A stretch of DNA of 64,000 nucleotides from a bacterium (lineage in GTDB: Bacteria; Electryoneota; JAOADG01), in NCBI GenBank assembly GCA_963681965.1, contig OY820579.1:1952001-2016000 (forward strand). Reading direction: 5' to 3'. Shown piece after piece: positions 1 through 10,709 of this stretch. Each line of letters starts with the position of its first letter. The stretch's first letter is position 1. Made by a program: the position numbers and the translations under genes. The notes under the pieces were generated by a model. That model had not been told where the DNA came from and ran no database searches. It saw nothing but the letters and a program-made list of their open reading frames with translations.

Positions 1-156
1 GTTTGCCATGGTTTGAACGCTGGCTGGTGTGAGACCGATACTGGATGTCGGTTGACGAGTGCGGCTCAAGGTATCGGTTGATTCGGAAGCCAAGGCGAAG
101 GCATACAGACCGCATAATATCAGCATTAAAAGGATAAGACGAAGATTTCCAATCAC
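1..156 (-). CDS. 5' part of a secreted protein, running off the window edge
   Basis: GTG at 156 with GGAG at 167-170 on the minus strand; open frame VIGNLRLILLMLILCGLYAFALASESTDT... resembles a signal peptide. Confidence 0.6.
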   Translation of the reverse strand, partial: MIGNLRLILLMLILCGLYAFALASESTDTLSRTRQPTSSIGLTPASVQTMAN

Positions 157-418
157 GAGGGGAGACTCCTGAGTTGGTAGAAGATTAGACTAGATCGTAT
201 CTGAACCGCTTAAATTATTCAATCGGAAGCGAAAAAACAAATTTCCGAATTATTAAGGAAAAGATCGTCTACTATTGATCGTAAGTGTTGTAACTTCGGC
301 TCTAACCGAGAAAAGAGTGCCTCTCGCCGAGTTTCACCGGCACGAGGTTTTTTCTATATTAAGGGTGGCATTGGAAACGTATAAATCGTTTCCCTCAAAT
401 TGAATATGGAGTATTCCC

Positions 419-1342
419 ATGAAGATCACCGTAATTGGTGCAGGTAACGTCGGTGCGTCTACCGCACTGCGCATTGCCGATCAAGAACTGGCTCATGAAA
501 TCGTTCTGGTCGACATCGTTGAAGGTATCCCTCAAGGCAAAGCACTTGACCTTTGGCAGTCAGGTCCCGTTCAGCAATACGATAGCAAAGTGATTGGCAC
601 GAACGACTACGCCGACACCGCCAACAGCGACATTATCGTCATGACTGCCGGTCTGGCACGCAAACCGGGCATGTCCCGCGATGATTTGCTTGTAGCCAAC
701 ACGAACATTGTTACGGACGCGATTTCGAAAGCCGCTCCGGTTTCTCCGAATGCGATTATCATTGTCGTATCCAATCCATTGGATGTGATGACGTATGTCG
801 CACTGAAAGTATCCAAATTCCCCGCTCACCGCGTGATGGGTATGGCTGGTATTCTTGATACCGCCCGTTACAAAACGTTCCTAGCCGATGCATTGAAAGT
901 ATCGGTTCGCGATATCCACGGCATGGTTCTTGGTGGACATGGCGACACGATGGTGCCGCTGCCCCGCTTTACTTCAGTCGGTGGTATTCCGCTCGAGACA
1001 CTGCTTCCGGCAGAAACCATTCAGGCGATCGTCAAACGTACGCAGGATGGCGGAGCGGAAATCGTTAAGCACCTCAAGACCGGTTCCGCGTTTTACGCTC
1101 CGGCAGCCGGTGCGGTCGAAATGGTCGCGGCAATCGTCAAGGATACCAAGCGACTGCTTCCGGTCTGCGCATGGTTGAATGGCGAATTCGGGTACAAGGA
1201 CGTCTATATGGGCGTGCCATGTATTTTGGGTAAGAAGGGCGTCGAAAAGATTCTTGAATTCCCGTTGGATGATGCCGAAAAAGCATTGTTTGCGACTTCA
1301 ATTTCCCATGTAAAAACTGAGACCGCCAAAGTCAATATGTAG
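419..1342 (+). CDS. mdh: Malate dehydrogenase (LDH-like family)
   Basis: GAGNVG Rossmann motif, RKPGMSRDDL, VSNPLD, LDTAR, GGHGD; GGAG RBS. Confidence 0.95.
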   Translation: MKITVIGAGNVGASTALRIADQELAHEIVLVDIVEGIPQGKALDLWQSGPVQQYDSKVIGTNDYADTANSDIIVMTAGLARKPGMSRDDLLVANTNIVTDAISKAAPVSPNAIIIVVSNPLDVMTYVALKVSKFPAHRVMGMAGILDTARYKTFLADALKVSVRDIHGMVLGGHGDTMVPLPRFTSVGGIPLETLLPAETIQAIVKRTQDGGAEIVKHLKTGSAFYAPAAGAVEMVAAIVKDTKRLLPVCAWLNGEFGYKDVYMGVPCILGKKGVEKILEFPLDDAEKALFATSISHVKTETAKVNM

Positions 1343-1387
1343 TATTTGGTGCTTCGGTCTTAGTTCTTGGTAAGAGAGTGAATAGAT

Positions 1388-1418
1388 CAGGCGAGCTGCA
1401 AGGCTCGCCTGTTTTATT
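1388..1418 (+). terminator. Intrinsic terminator after mdh
   Basis: CAGGCGAGC-tgcaag-GCTCGCCTG followed by TTTTATT. Confidence 0.8.
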
Positions 1419-1580
1419 CTAACTGATCTTGTTACAGTGAGTGTAATATAGAATAATGAGTAAAGGAACCGGGAATTTCATGACCAACCGTATTGCTGAC
1501 CCTTCATCGAACCCAACTCCCAAAGAAATAGGGTTACCGTTTCCTCAATTATTGTTATCCTGAAATGGATATGGTATCTG

Positions 1581-2219
1581 ATGACTGCTAAAAACATTGA
1601 GCCGATGCAAAAAACCGAGCGCTTCTGGGATCGTCTGGCAGATCAGTTCGATAACGCTGAAAAAGGGTTTGAGCAACCACCTGTCGATAGGGTAAGAAAA
1701 TATCTTCGCAACAGCGATGTCGTGCTGGATTATGGCTGTGCGACGGGTACAGTCGCAATCGAAATTGCACCCGCCGTGAAAGCAGTGATTGGAATTGACA
1801 TTTCGTCGAAGATGATTGAAGCAGCAAATACGAAAAAAGCACATTCGAAATTTACCAATGTGGAATTCAAACAGTCGACGATCTTCGATCCACAATTATC
1901 GCGAGATTCATTTGATGTTCTGCTAGCATTCAATATTCTGCATCTGATTGACGATCTTCCTGCGGCGATGCAACGGATCAATGAGTTGATGAAACCGGGA
2001 GGTTTGATGATTTCAGTGACATCGTGTGCCGGTGAGAAAAAGTCGATTCTCAATGGGATGTTATCGTTGCTGATCAAATTGGGCATCATACCACGCATGA
2101 ATTTCTTCACGATACCGGAATTGAAAGCGACGATAACATTGGGTGATCTCCAGATTATCGAAGCTGAGCAGTTGGAACATGGCGTAGCGAATATGTTTAT
2201 TGTGTCGAAGAAAAGTTGA
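1581..2219 (+). CDS. Class I SAM-dependent methyltransferase
   Basis: VLDYGCATG motif I, GIDISSKMI, FDVLLAFNILHL, LMKPGG. Confidence 0.9.
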   Translation: MTAKNIEPMQKTERFWDRLADQFDNAEKGFEQPPVDRVRKYLRNSDVVLDYGCATGTVAIEIAPAVKAVIGIDISSKMIEAANTKKAHSKFTNVEFKQSTIFDPQLSRDSFDVLLAFNILHLIDDLPAAMQRINELMKPGGLMISVTSCAGEKKSILNGMLSLLIKLGIIPRMNFFTIPELKATITLGDLQIIEAEQLEHGVANMFIVSKKS

Positions 2220-2245
2220 AAATAATGGTTGAAGGTATTCAGGTT

Positions 2246-2283
2246 AAGTAGGGGAGACTCGCCACAATCTCCCCTTACTTTTG
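2246..2283. terminator. Hairpin between convergent genes, probable bidirectional terminator
   Basis: AAGTAGGGGAGA-loop-TCTCCCCTTACTT followed by a T-run. Confidence 0.65.
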
Positions 2284-2324
2284 TTTGTATGATACTTTAC
2301 ATAATGAATCTATAAATTAGTTTG

Positions 2325-5300
2325 TCATTTCCTTTGAATCTCATTCGTCGTTCCATTCGATATTCTACCGTCCAATCGTTTCAGCATTTCACTTTCGTGA
2401 ATCGTTTCTCGCGCATGATCGCGTTGCAGTTCGCGAATGATGCGGTCGAAACTGTCGGTACTTCCTGACAAGGCTTTTACTTGATAAAAAATGGAAGAGT
2501 TGGTCTGCGCCACATTCAAATCAGTAAAGAACGTGGTGCCTGCTCCCACTACTTGACCAAGATAAGCCCACTCATCAGTATAGAGATTTTTATGAAACAC
2601 AAGATAACGATCGACTGTCGTTGCCAATCCATTGGCTGAAGTATCGACCCGATCCCAATTGAGCTGAACATCATAACCCGAAAGGGTGATCGAGAGATTG
2701 CCCGGAGCTGCCGGTTCAAATCCGGCGATTCCGTTGCCGGATAAAGGAATTGCGATTGGATTGTACGGTGCTTCGAAAGCTATTCGTAACGTATCGTGAT
2801 AGTTTCTCGCGGAATCGGGGTAGAATCTGACCCAGAGCTGAAGTGTGTCGCTGGCAGCAGTCGTGGAATCGGTATCGAGTACTCGCCAGCGGAACGGAGT
2901 AGTATTCAGTGTCGTCATCGTAAGATATCGCACCGAAACTGGATTGCGATTGGCGATCTTTACCAACACTGAATCGCTGGTCAGCGGAGCGCAATCGGCG
3001 AAATTGATTTCTGTCCGAGAGCAATATAAATCGAGCAGCAATCCGAGTGTCGAAGCCGATACTGTGTCGGAATTGGCTGTCACATCGCCATTCGCATTGC
3101 GAGCTGTAGATATAAACCGGTAGTTCGTGTTATTCGCCAATCCATTCACCGAGACGGTAGCACCCCACGTAGCAAGATTCTGCCAGACCATTGTATCGCT
3201 GAGCACTCCGGTGGATTGGACATATTGGTTGGTGTTCAGTTCGTGAACAGCGTAGGTAACGGTTGCAGGATTATCGACCCCATTCAATACCAGTGGTATC
3301 GTTGTCAATGTCGGTGGGTTGTACGTCAGCACCGGCACCGCTGCATTCGTCCACCCGTCGGCAGTGGCAAAGCCAGTAGTTATTCCCTGTGAACTTTGTT
3401 TGAAGATACGATACCTATAATGCGTTCCCGGGGTCACGGAGGTGTCGGTATACTGAGTGCTATTGACGGGTGCCGTTGTTAGGTTTGTAAATTCTACTCC
3501 ATTCGTCGACCGCATGATCGGAAAGCCAATTTCATCCGCGCAATTATCCATCCAGTGAATTGTCATCGAGTGGCTGGTAATTGCTGTAACCGGTGTTGCT
3601 GCTGTCCCGGGATAACATGGTGGTGGAATAAAATTTGTATTGAATGACCACACCGGACTGGCAATAGACCAGATGGAATTATTGGCGACAACATACCAAT
3701 AGTATTGTGTCATTGATGACAGAATTTCACTCGGAGTATAATAGAGCGAGTTAATTCCAGCTACTACTCTGGTGGTTGGTGGGTTCGATGTTCCGAGATA
3801 GACATCGTATCCAGTTGCATTGGCATCGCCGGTCCAGCTCAACGTTGCGTTAATCGGGACACCGGTTGCACCGTTATCGGGAATGGGTGTGGTCGGCGCA
3901 TTCAGCTTGAAGAAATGATAGGTTCGTAGTGAATCCGGAACGGGAGGACCGTACTGGAGATAACCGTTCGCTCCATTCGTATCCTGAATGGCAGCCGCGG
4001 CAAACACCGTTTGTGTCGTGGAGCTACGGGAACCGTAATTCACATCGATATTGCCATTCTCATATACGACAACCTGAGCCGCAATCGGACCGACACCACC
4101 ATACATGGCGAAGTTAGTATACGTAATGACCAAGCGGGTCGGGGCAGTCAGGTTTTCATACTTGACTGTAGTCGAAGCAACCGACATATCGTAATTCCAG
4201 AAGTAGACACCGGCGGGATAACCACCAGTTAGCGGGAACGATGCGCTGGAGTAATTATTTGGATTTTGTCCGCCAAACTGAATTCGTCCGTTACTTCCAG
4301 CATACCACGTCGTATAAGTACGACCGTAAAAAGTGAATGGGAAACCGATATTGTATGGACCGGCAAAACCGTCGTCGGTGTTTGTCCAGCCACTAACCAT
4401 GGTTGCTGAGGCTGACGGGGTAATCCAATTGTAGCCCGTACCGTTGCTGGCGACCATTCGGTAACCATAAGCATCCGGACCGGCATGGTACGGATCGACA
4501 GTTGTTACCGATACTGTATCGCTATAATTGGTTTCGACCGATGCACCGTTTCGTGCCTTCACTGCGAACCGGTAATTGGTGCCTAGCGATAAACCGGCTA
4601 CGGTTACCATTCCCCACGTTGCAAGATTTTGCCAGACCGGCGTTGCACCCAGAATACCTGTAGATTGGAGATATTGATTGGTGTTGAGTTCGAATATACT
4701 GTACGTAACAGCCGCAGAGTTATCGACGCCATTTATTACCAGTGGAACTGTAGTCAATGTAGGTGTGTTGTTTGTCAGAATAGGAACCGTCGCATTCGTC
4801 CAGCCATCGGCGGTAGCGTAGCCAGTTGTTATCCCTGAACTTCCTTGTGCATGTATCTGGTACCAATAGCGCGTGCCCGGAATTTGGGCAGTATCGGAAT
4901 ACTGAGTGCTGTTAGTTGGCGCGGTTGCAAGGTTTGAAAATTCTACTCCATCCGTCGAACGGAATATCGGAAAGCCGATTTCATTCGAACAATTGTCGAT
5001 CCAGTGAATTGTCATCGAATGGTTGGTGATTGACGTGACCGGTATATCAGAATTTCCGGGAAAGCACGGTAAAGAAAAATACGTGTCGAATGACCACACC
5101 GGTCCGGGAGCAGACCCATATAAATTATTGGAGGTGATATACCAATAATATTGCGTCATTGGTAACAAACTAGTACTCGGAGTATAATAGGGGGTATTTA
5201 ATCCCGTTGCCACTCGAGTGGTCGGTGGATTGGTCGTTCCCAGATAGATGTCATAGGTTATTGGTGTCATCCCGCAAGTAGGTGCAGTCCAACTAAAGGT

Positions 5301-8024
5301 CGCGTTTGTCACAATACCAGTGGAAAAATTCGGCGGATTTGGATTGGACGGAAGACTCGGAACAAGTGAAATGAATAGCCCCTCATCGGCACCGACATCG
5401 GGCGTTGACAAACTGCGAGTTTCACCGTCGATATCGGTAGTCACGAATGTCGGTGTACCGTCATTCTCAACCCGAGAGTAGCACGGGTTCGAACGGATGT
5501 GAGGGTTGTATGGCCACGACGTCGAGTTTTCAAATGTCGGATCGCCCGAAGTAGAAGCTAGGTCGCCGTTTGGCGTGTAGACTGTTTGCCATGCCGAAAG
5601 CGTCGATCGATAAGCGCTCCCTTTGTATCCGATATAACCACCGACTGTATTCGGGATGTAAAAATTATTATAGTCTGACATCCAGTTTGCGGCGTAAGTA
5701 CAGGGGTTGTACATGCCGACGTGAAACGGCGTGGTCGAAGTCTGTGAACCGAGGTTCGCAAAAATATTATTCTTGCATGTATCGTTGTATGCATAATTCG
5801 ACGTATAGTACAGACATGCGGAAGAGAAGTTCTGCGTACCCGTCTGATTTAACATGATCGTGTTGTGTATCAGCGACGGATAAAAAAATCCACAATAGAT
5901 ACCGTACGTGTAATACGAAGCCGTAGTCGTACCGGAATACGTCTGCTGCAGATTGTAGACCATGTTGTTGTAAATGCGCTGATGTCCATAGCTACTTGAA
6001 AAGTATGAGTAGATACCGTAAATAATCGTGTAGCCACTGGTATTTAAAGCAGTGAAATCGTAAATACGGTTGTTGTACACTAATAACGGAGAAGCAGTAC
6101 CACCGGTATACGGAGAGTAATACAGATACATACCGTACATCGTGTAGCTGAAGCTGTACGTCTTCATGTTTTTAATATCGATATCGTGAACTGACAGACC
6201 ATTCTGGTAGTAAGCGAGCACCCCATATGAGTTACCAGCTCCGCCAATCGTATCATTCACGGCGGCACCGATCGTGAAGCGGTTCAAATTGTCGAAACCA
6301 GCAACATCGCTGCCAATTTCATTCCCCATATCTGGGTAGGAAGAATATGAGTAGCAGTACACGCCACAACGAACCTTCGAGATCTTCAGGTTGAGATAGC
6401 GATTGTAACTCTGACTTCCCAAAGCGGAGGCTGGATAGATCGACGTATTGTAATATTGATACACACCGTAAGTTGGATAGGATGAGTTGATTCGCATTTG
6501 AATCGTCGCGTTCTTGATGGTGTTATACCGCGCGCCAAGAGTCGCGGCGCTATTGTTCAGCCAGTAACCGTAGTACAGCGGATTAGTACCGGTGCTGACA
6601 TCGGTCACGCTGATGCCGTCAAATGTCAGATATTGCGCACCTGTGATCTTCACACCGTATTGGTTTGAACCGGTAACAGTGGGACTCAGAGTGACGGATC
6701 CGCCAGTCGCTCGAAAAACGACTGGGTTGGAAGGACTCATACCGGGATAAGCACCTGTAAAAGTTACTTGTTCAGTGTAGGTTCCGGGAGAAACGTTAAA
6801 CGTTACTCCACCGGTACCCGAACCAGTCGTATAAAGCGCTAAAATGGCGGCAGCGAATGACTGATAGTTATCACCACCGGTCGGTAATGCCGGATTGATC
6901 GTCTTGGTGCCGGTTAGCGCCGCGATCGTGTTAAACGTCCAGATCGGGGAAGTGTTGGTTGCAGGCGACGTGCCATGCGCAACGACTTTCCAATAATAGA
7001 CGTTGCCGGGGGTAATCGGCATGATAAAAGAGGTCGCAGTCGAACCTGATAGTTGCTGTGCTGCAACTGCACCACTCGATACGTCGGCTTGCACCGTCGA
7101 GCAATAGAGGTCGTAGTTAGCGGTGCAAGAACCACCAACCCAAGTCAAGGTTTGGATTTCTGTAGTGACACCGATGGTCCCGTTTGCCGGGCTAAATTGA
7201 GTTGCAGTGTTGCAGGGCGGAACAAATAAAATTGCTCGACCGGAAACCGGGCATGCAGTTGAATACTGATATTGCGAAGCGATAGTACGAGTGTCGTTTT
7301 GGATGCCGATTGTACTGGTATTCACGGTGGAGGTATTGTATTGTAGCAGGATATTCCCACTCGAATAGAGAATTGCCTCGAATATTTCACCGCTATCGGT
7401 ATACCATTGCACGATGAACGTGTTGGCATCGTATTGCTGATATTTGATGTATCTGCCGGTAGTGGTTACATAGGAGTCGCGATAGAGTACTGCAATCAAG
7501 CTTTGCGGCATGGTGGTAGCCGGCATCGAATACTGCGCATAATAGCCACTCGTTAAGTTGGCAAATGCACTGTTAAACGAGAGCCAGCCGTCGGTACTCA
7601 TCGTGACCGAGGTAAAATTCATGCCGTAAAATGGGAACGTAAATCCCAATGGTACCATGGCGGAGGTTACATCGTCACCGGTCGGACCGGTGGTACCGGT
7701 TGTGCTAATGTCGATCCAGTTATATGTCGGTCCTGGAGGATCTAGCTGAGCATTGTTGTCAATCCAGGTATACCCGTATCCATCTGGAGCAGCACTTACG
7801 GCGTCGGTGGATGCAGGGATAACGGTACTATTGGATCCTGTATTTGAAAACGGTGTGTCCGACTTTGTCGCAGCAAAAGCATCATGATCATTCACGAAGT
7901 GCTGTGAGATTGGTCGGAACCAAGTTGCATCAAATGAATTGTCGAAAAATTGCCCGAGCGCAGTGAGAAGAATGGGAATAGCGGCAATACAGAATAATAC
8001 TCGTACGAGCCGGGGTATCGACAT
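2325..8024 (-). CDS. Large (1899 aa) secreted multidomain surface protein with beta-helix-like and FN3/Ig-like repeats
   Basis: Hydrophobic N-terminus; Y/G/N-rich beta-helix-like centre (IYNNMVY, GIYCG); repeated YDxYLGTxNPP..YYW..VWSF modules; GAGGGGAG RBS. Confidence 0.8.
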   Translation of the reverse strand: MSIPRLVRVLFCIAAIPILLTALGQFFDNSFDATWFRPISQHFVNDHDAFAATKSDTPFSNTGSNSTVIPASTDAVSAAPDGYGYTWIDNNAQLDPPGPTYNWIDISTTGTTGPTGDDVTSAMVPLGFTFPFYGMNFTSVTMSTDGWLSFNSAFANLTSGYYAQYSMPATTMPQSLIAVLYRDSYVTTTGRYIKYQQYDANTFIVQWYTDSGEIFEAILYSSGNILLQYNTSTVNTSTIGIQNDTRTIASQYQYSTACPVSGRAILFVPPCNTATQFSPANGTIGVTTEIQTLTWVGGSCTANYDLYCSTVQADVSSGAVAAQQLSGSTATSFIMPITPGNVYYWKVVAHGTSPATNTSPIWTFNTIAALTGTKTINPALPTGGDNYQSFAAAILALYTTGSGTGGVTFNVSPGTYTEQVTFTGAYPGMSPSNPVVFRATGGSVTLSPTVTGSNQYGVKITGAQYLTFDGISVTDVSTGTNPLYYGYWLNNSAATLGARYNTIKNATIQMRINSSYPTYGVYQYYNTSIYPASALGSQSYNRYLNLKISKVRCGVYCYSYSSYPDMGNEIGSDVAGFDNLNRFTIGAAVNDTIGGAGNSYGVLAYYQNGLSVHDIDIKNMKTYSFSYTMYGMYLYYSPYTGGTASPLLVYNNRIYDFTALNTSGYTIIYGIYSYFSSSYGHQRIYNNMVYNLQQTYSGTTTASYYTYGIYCGFFYPSLIHNTIMLNQTGTQNFSSACLYYTSNYAYNDTCKNNIFANLGSQTSTTPFHVGMYNPCTYAANWMSDYNNFYIPNTVGGYIGYKGSAYRSTLSAWQTVYTPNGDLASTSGDPTFENSTSWPYNPHIRSNPCYSRVENDGTPTFVTTDIDGETRSLSTPDVGADEGLFISLVPSLPSNPNPPNFSTGIVTNATFSWTAPTCGMTPITYDIYLGTTNPPTTRVATGLNTPYYTPSTSLLPMTQYYWYITSNNLYGSAPGPVWSFDTYFSLPCFPGNSDIPVTSITNHSMTIHWIDNCSNEIGFPIFRSTDGVEFSNLATAPTNSTQYSDTAQIPGTRYWYQIHAQGSSGITTGYATADGWTNATVPILTNNTPTLTTVPLVINGVDNSAAVTYSIFELNTNQYLQSTGILGATPVWQNLATWGMVTVAGLSLGTNYRFAVKARNGASVETNYSDTVSVTTVDPYHAGPDAYGYRMVASNGTGYNWITPSASATMVSGWTNTDDGFAGPYNIGFPFTFYGRTYTTWYAGSNGRIQFGGQNPNNYSSASFPLTGGYPAGVYFWNYDMSVASTTVKYENLTAPTRLVITYTNFAMYGGVGPIAAQVVVYENGNIDVNYGSRSSTTQTVFAAAAIQDTNGANGYLQYGPPVPDSLRTYHFFKLNAPTTPIPDNGATGVPINATLSWTGDANATGYDVYLGTSNPPTTRVVAGINSLYYTPSEILSSMTQYYWYVVANNSIWSIASPVWSFNTNFIPPPCYPGTAATPVTAITSHSMTIHWMDNCADEIGFPIMRSTNGVEFTNLTTAPVNSTQYTDTSVTPGTHYRYRIFKQSSQGITTGFATADGWTNAAVPVLTYNPPTLTTIPLVLNGVDNPATVTYAVHELNTNQYVQSTGVLSDTMVWQNLATWGATVSVNGLANNTNYRFISTARNANGDVTANSDTVSASTLGLLLDLYCSRTEINFADCAPLTSDSVLVKIANRNPVSVRYLTMTTLNTTPFRWRVLDTDSTTAASDTLQLWVRFYPDSARNYHDTLRIAFEAPYNPIAIPLSGNGIAGFEPAAPGNLSITLSGYDVQLNWDRVDTSANGLATTVDRYLVFHKNLYTDEWAYLGQVVGAGTTFFTDLNVAQTNSSIFYQVKALSGSTDSFDRIIRELQRDHARETIHESEMLKRLDGRISNGTTNEIQRK
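3050..5350 (-). repeat. Internal duplication of a ~280-aa three-module block (copies ~4500-5350 and ~3050-3900)
   Basis: PVTSITNHSMTIHWIDNCSNEIGFPIFRSTDGVEF vs PVTAITSHSMTIHWMDNCADEIGFPIMRSTNGVEF; TTGYATADGWTNA vs TTGFATADGWTNA; boundaries approximate. Confidence 0.85.
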
Positions 8025-8255
8025 AGTATACTCCCCTCTATCAAGTTATTAAAATGTCAGACTATAATTGGATAAAAGAATCAGATTAATTCAAGTCAGT
8101 AAAGCGTGAATGTTGCAGTTAGATCGTGACTGAACAAAGTTACTTGCATTTTAATTAAAAGGCAATCAATAATAATCAAAAAATAAAAAACTTCCCGACT
8201 ATTGATAATTTTGGGTAGTTTTTTCTACTGTCGCAAGGCGCATGACGCGCGTAAT

Positions 8256-10529
8256 CTACTTTTTTTGAGTATTATTTTTATAATAGGATAAAATCTCAGC
8301 ATATCGCGGAAACTTCGATTTCATCACGTTATCAAAAACAACTCGATATGGCTCATCAAAATCAGGCTCAGATGGAAAACTATCAGTTACAATACAGTTT
8401 TTCATTAACGACTCATTAATTTTTTTCTCTACGTTAAAATTAGTGTAAAGCGGGTCAACATAGTAAAATGGAGGAAATCTCCCTATTCCAGATAAAGGTT
8501 CTTTTCCAACTTCTCTATAAACTGAGTATTGAATGTACCTTAAGTTGCTTTTTACAAACATATTAGTATAATAATTCGTGTCACTTACTTGAAAATTGAC
8601 GATAAAACTATCAACGTTTGCTCGATAAAATATATTTTTATCATATCTGATTCTATCCATCCACATTTTATTCAATATATAGAGAGAATCAAAAGTGCTT
8701 GAAATGATCTGACTGTTATTATCGATCACAAAATTACTAGTTGATAACAATTTGAAAATCGATGAATATATCCTTGAATTTCTAATTAATATTGAATCAT
8801 AGAGTCCAAGACTATAGTATTTTGGTAAGTTTTCATTCACTGACGTTTCTCGTCGAGAATATCGAGTTTCTAATAGCTGATCATCTTTGAAGATAATAGT
8901 ATTCATCGGTTTGTTATCTAACAGAGTTAAGTATGTAAGATCACATTTTGTGAAGTGTGACCTAGATATAGTTCGTGGGATCGTAGCATCGTATAAAGAA
9001 ACATCATATAGATTTAGAGAATCAAAGTTTGCACTGCCAAAATTTGCATTTCTAAAATACGAATTTGAGATATTTGCACCATATAAGTCAGCATTATAAA
9101 AATTACTTCTGTCCCCATTAGAGTTACTGAGTATCATAAATCGTAAATTTCGATTATTGAAGTTGCGACCATGGATTCTTAGAATATTTTTGTATGTAGA
9201 ATCGAGCCTGTCCCAATCTGTTGGTACTACTGATAAATCTTCTCCATCAATATTCAAATACAAAAACTCGAAATTCGATTTTTTGCTTCCGTATATTGCA
9301 ACATACGTGAATGATATCATGAAAATCAGCACCATTGCTGGTAGACAATACATTATTGTTGTACTTAATGTAGAAGAAAGTTTTTGACTTAAATTACGTT
9401 TAGTCCTTCGAATGAAAATAATACTTACATAAACAGCTAATATATAAGAAAGCATATGTATCATTGCAGGTAGAAACTTGTGTGTTTTGATGTAAGTACC
9501 CCAAACAAAAATTATAATTACTGGTACTATCCACCAATTTAACAAGTGTATAAGTAACCACTGAAGTTTGGCAAGAGTTGAATTGAAATATCCTGGGAAA
9601 AATTTTACTAACACATTGAACAATTTAATTTTTCGGTATCTTGCCTCTGTATTTGGAGTGACTTTCTTTTTAAGATTTCTCTTAACAAGCCATGGGATAT
9701 GTGAATTAATCAATTCATTTGTTAACCAAGGGGTAATTTTTTGATTAACTCGTAATCCATCTGGAAAAACAGCTGGTAATTGACCAATTTTTTCCATAAC
9801 CTTTATCAGATGAATCTGAGAATAGATGTAAAAAAAAACGTATAAAATAATACCCCAGACTAGCGCAAAAGAATACGGAACTGAGCTCGTATGGAGAGGT
9901 GATAATGGTGTTCTATCATCTATAAGTAAAGAAATCGGAGTAGATGTTGCCATAGTGAGGATTAAATAACCGCTTGCAGCAAGAACGATTTGATATAAAT
10001 GTTTGGCATTCTTAGTTGTTTCAGTTACGCTATTTAAACCGCTCTCGAATTTGCCAATAGTATCTGGTAACTTTGCATTGGTTAGATTAGCACGCGCTAG
10101 TTGATGCGCTGTTAGAGTCGTCAGTTCACTTAAATCAACTTCGGTGAGATCGGCATCATGAAATGTCGCGTTGGTAACGTCAGCGGAGTCGGTTTGGATT
10201 TCTTCATTTGGTCGTAATTCTCGATTAGGAATTGGTTTTTTAAAAAAAACGGCTTTTCTTAAATTGGCATGGTTAAATTTTGTGCCTTTAAGAATAGCGG
10301 TATTTTCTCCAACTCTTGAATGAATGTTATCTTTAAGAATAGGTCGAGGGTTAACCGAAAAGTTTGCACCTTCTAAATTTACCTCTGAGAAGTCCAAACC
10401 TGACAGATCCAAATCACTAAAATCGTGATAACTTAAGTCAGCTCTAGTTCCTGGTTTTCTATTCGTTTTCAACATGAGGTGATGCTGATCCAGTATTACT
10501 TTAATTTCTTCAAGCGTCTTTCTTTCCAT
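8256..10529 (-). CDS. Pentapeptide-repeat membrane protein (AT-rich gene)
   Basis: ADLS/ANLT/ADLY pentapeptide runs on both sides of several hydrophobic segments; ATG 10529 has a GGAG RBS (ORF track starts at TTG 10547). Confidence 0.8.
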   Translation of the reverse strand: MERKTLEEIKVILDQHHLMLKTNRKPGTRADLSYHDFSDLDLSGLDFSEVNLEGANFSVNPRPILKDNIHSRVGENTAILKGTKFNHANLRKAVFFKKPIPNRELRPNEEIQTDSADVTNATFHDADLTEVDLSELTTLTAHQLARANLTNAKLPDTIGKFESGLNSVTETTKNAKHLYQIVLAASGYLILTMATSTPISLLIDDRTPLSPLHTSSVPYSFALVWGIILYVFFYIYSQIHLIKVMEKIGQLPAVFPDGLRVNQKITPWLTNELINSHIPWLVKRNLKKKVTPNTEARYRKIKLFNVLVKFFPGYFNSTLAKLQWLLIHLLNWWIVPVIIIFVWGTYIKTHKFLPAMIHMLSYILAVYVSIIFIRRTKRNLSQKLSSTLSTTIMYCLPAMVLIFMISFTYVAIYGSKKSNFEFLYLNIDGEDLSVVPTDWDRLDSTYKNILRIHGRNFNNRNLRFMILSNSNGDRSNFYNADLYGANISNSYFRNANFGSANFDSLNLYDVSLYDATIPRTISRSHFTKCDLTYLTLLDNKPMNTIIFKDDQLLETRYSRRETSVNENLPKYYSLGLYDSILIRNSRIYSSIFKLLSTSNFVIDNNSQIISSTFDSLYILNKMWMDRIRYDKNIFYRANVDSFIVNFQVSDTNYYTNMFVKSNLRYIQYSVYREVGKEPLSGIGRFPPFYYVDPLYTNFNVEKKINESLMKNCIVTDSFPSEPDFDEPYRVVFDNVMKSKFPRYAEILSYYKNNTQKK

Positions 10530-10654
10530 TTTGGCTCCAATTTGCAATCATTTGTAGTATTCAAACTTCTTAATAATACAAATTAAAGTGTATTATAGTC
10601 AATGAAATGTTATGAGAAATCGACTATTTATTCTCGTGAGAGAGTTATTCAAAT

Positions 10655-10689
10655 AAAACCGCCCCCCGATTTCGGAGGGCGGTTCTTTT
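10655..10689 (-). terminator. Intrinsic terminator after lat
   Basis: AACCGCCC..CCGA-TT-TCGG..GGGCGGTT hairpin; A-run on + gives a U-tract on -. Confidence 0.7.
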
Positions 10690-10709
10690 ACTTCAGATAC
10701 TGGAAAAAA

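Noticed and set aside
2246-2283. GTAG-led hairpin as another REP
   Set aside because: The GTAG is part of the stem, it is a single copy, and it sits between convergent genes with a T-run; a terminator is the simpler reading.
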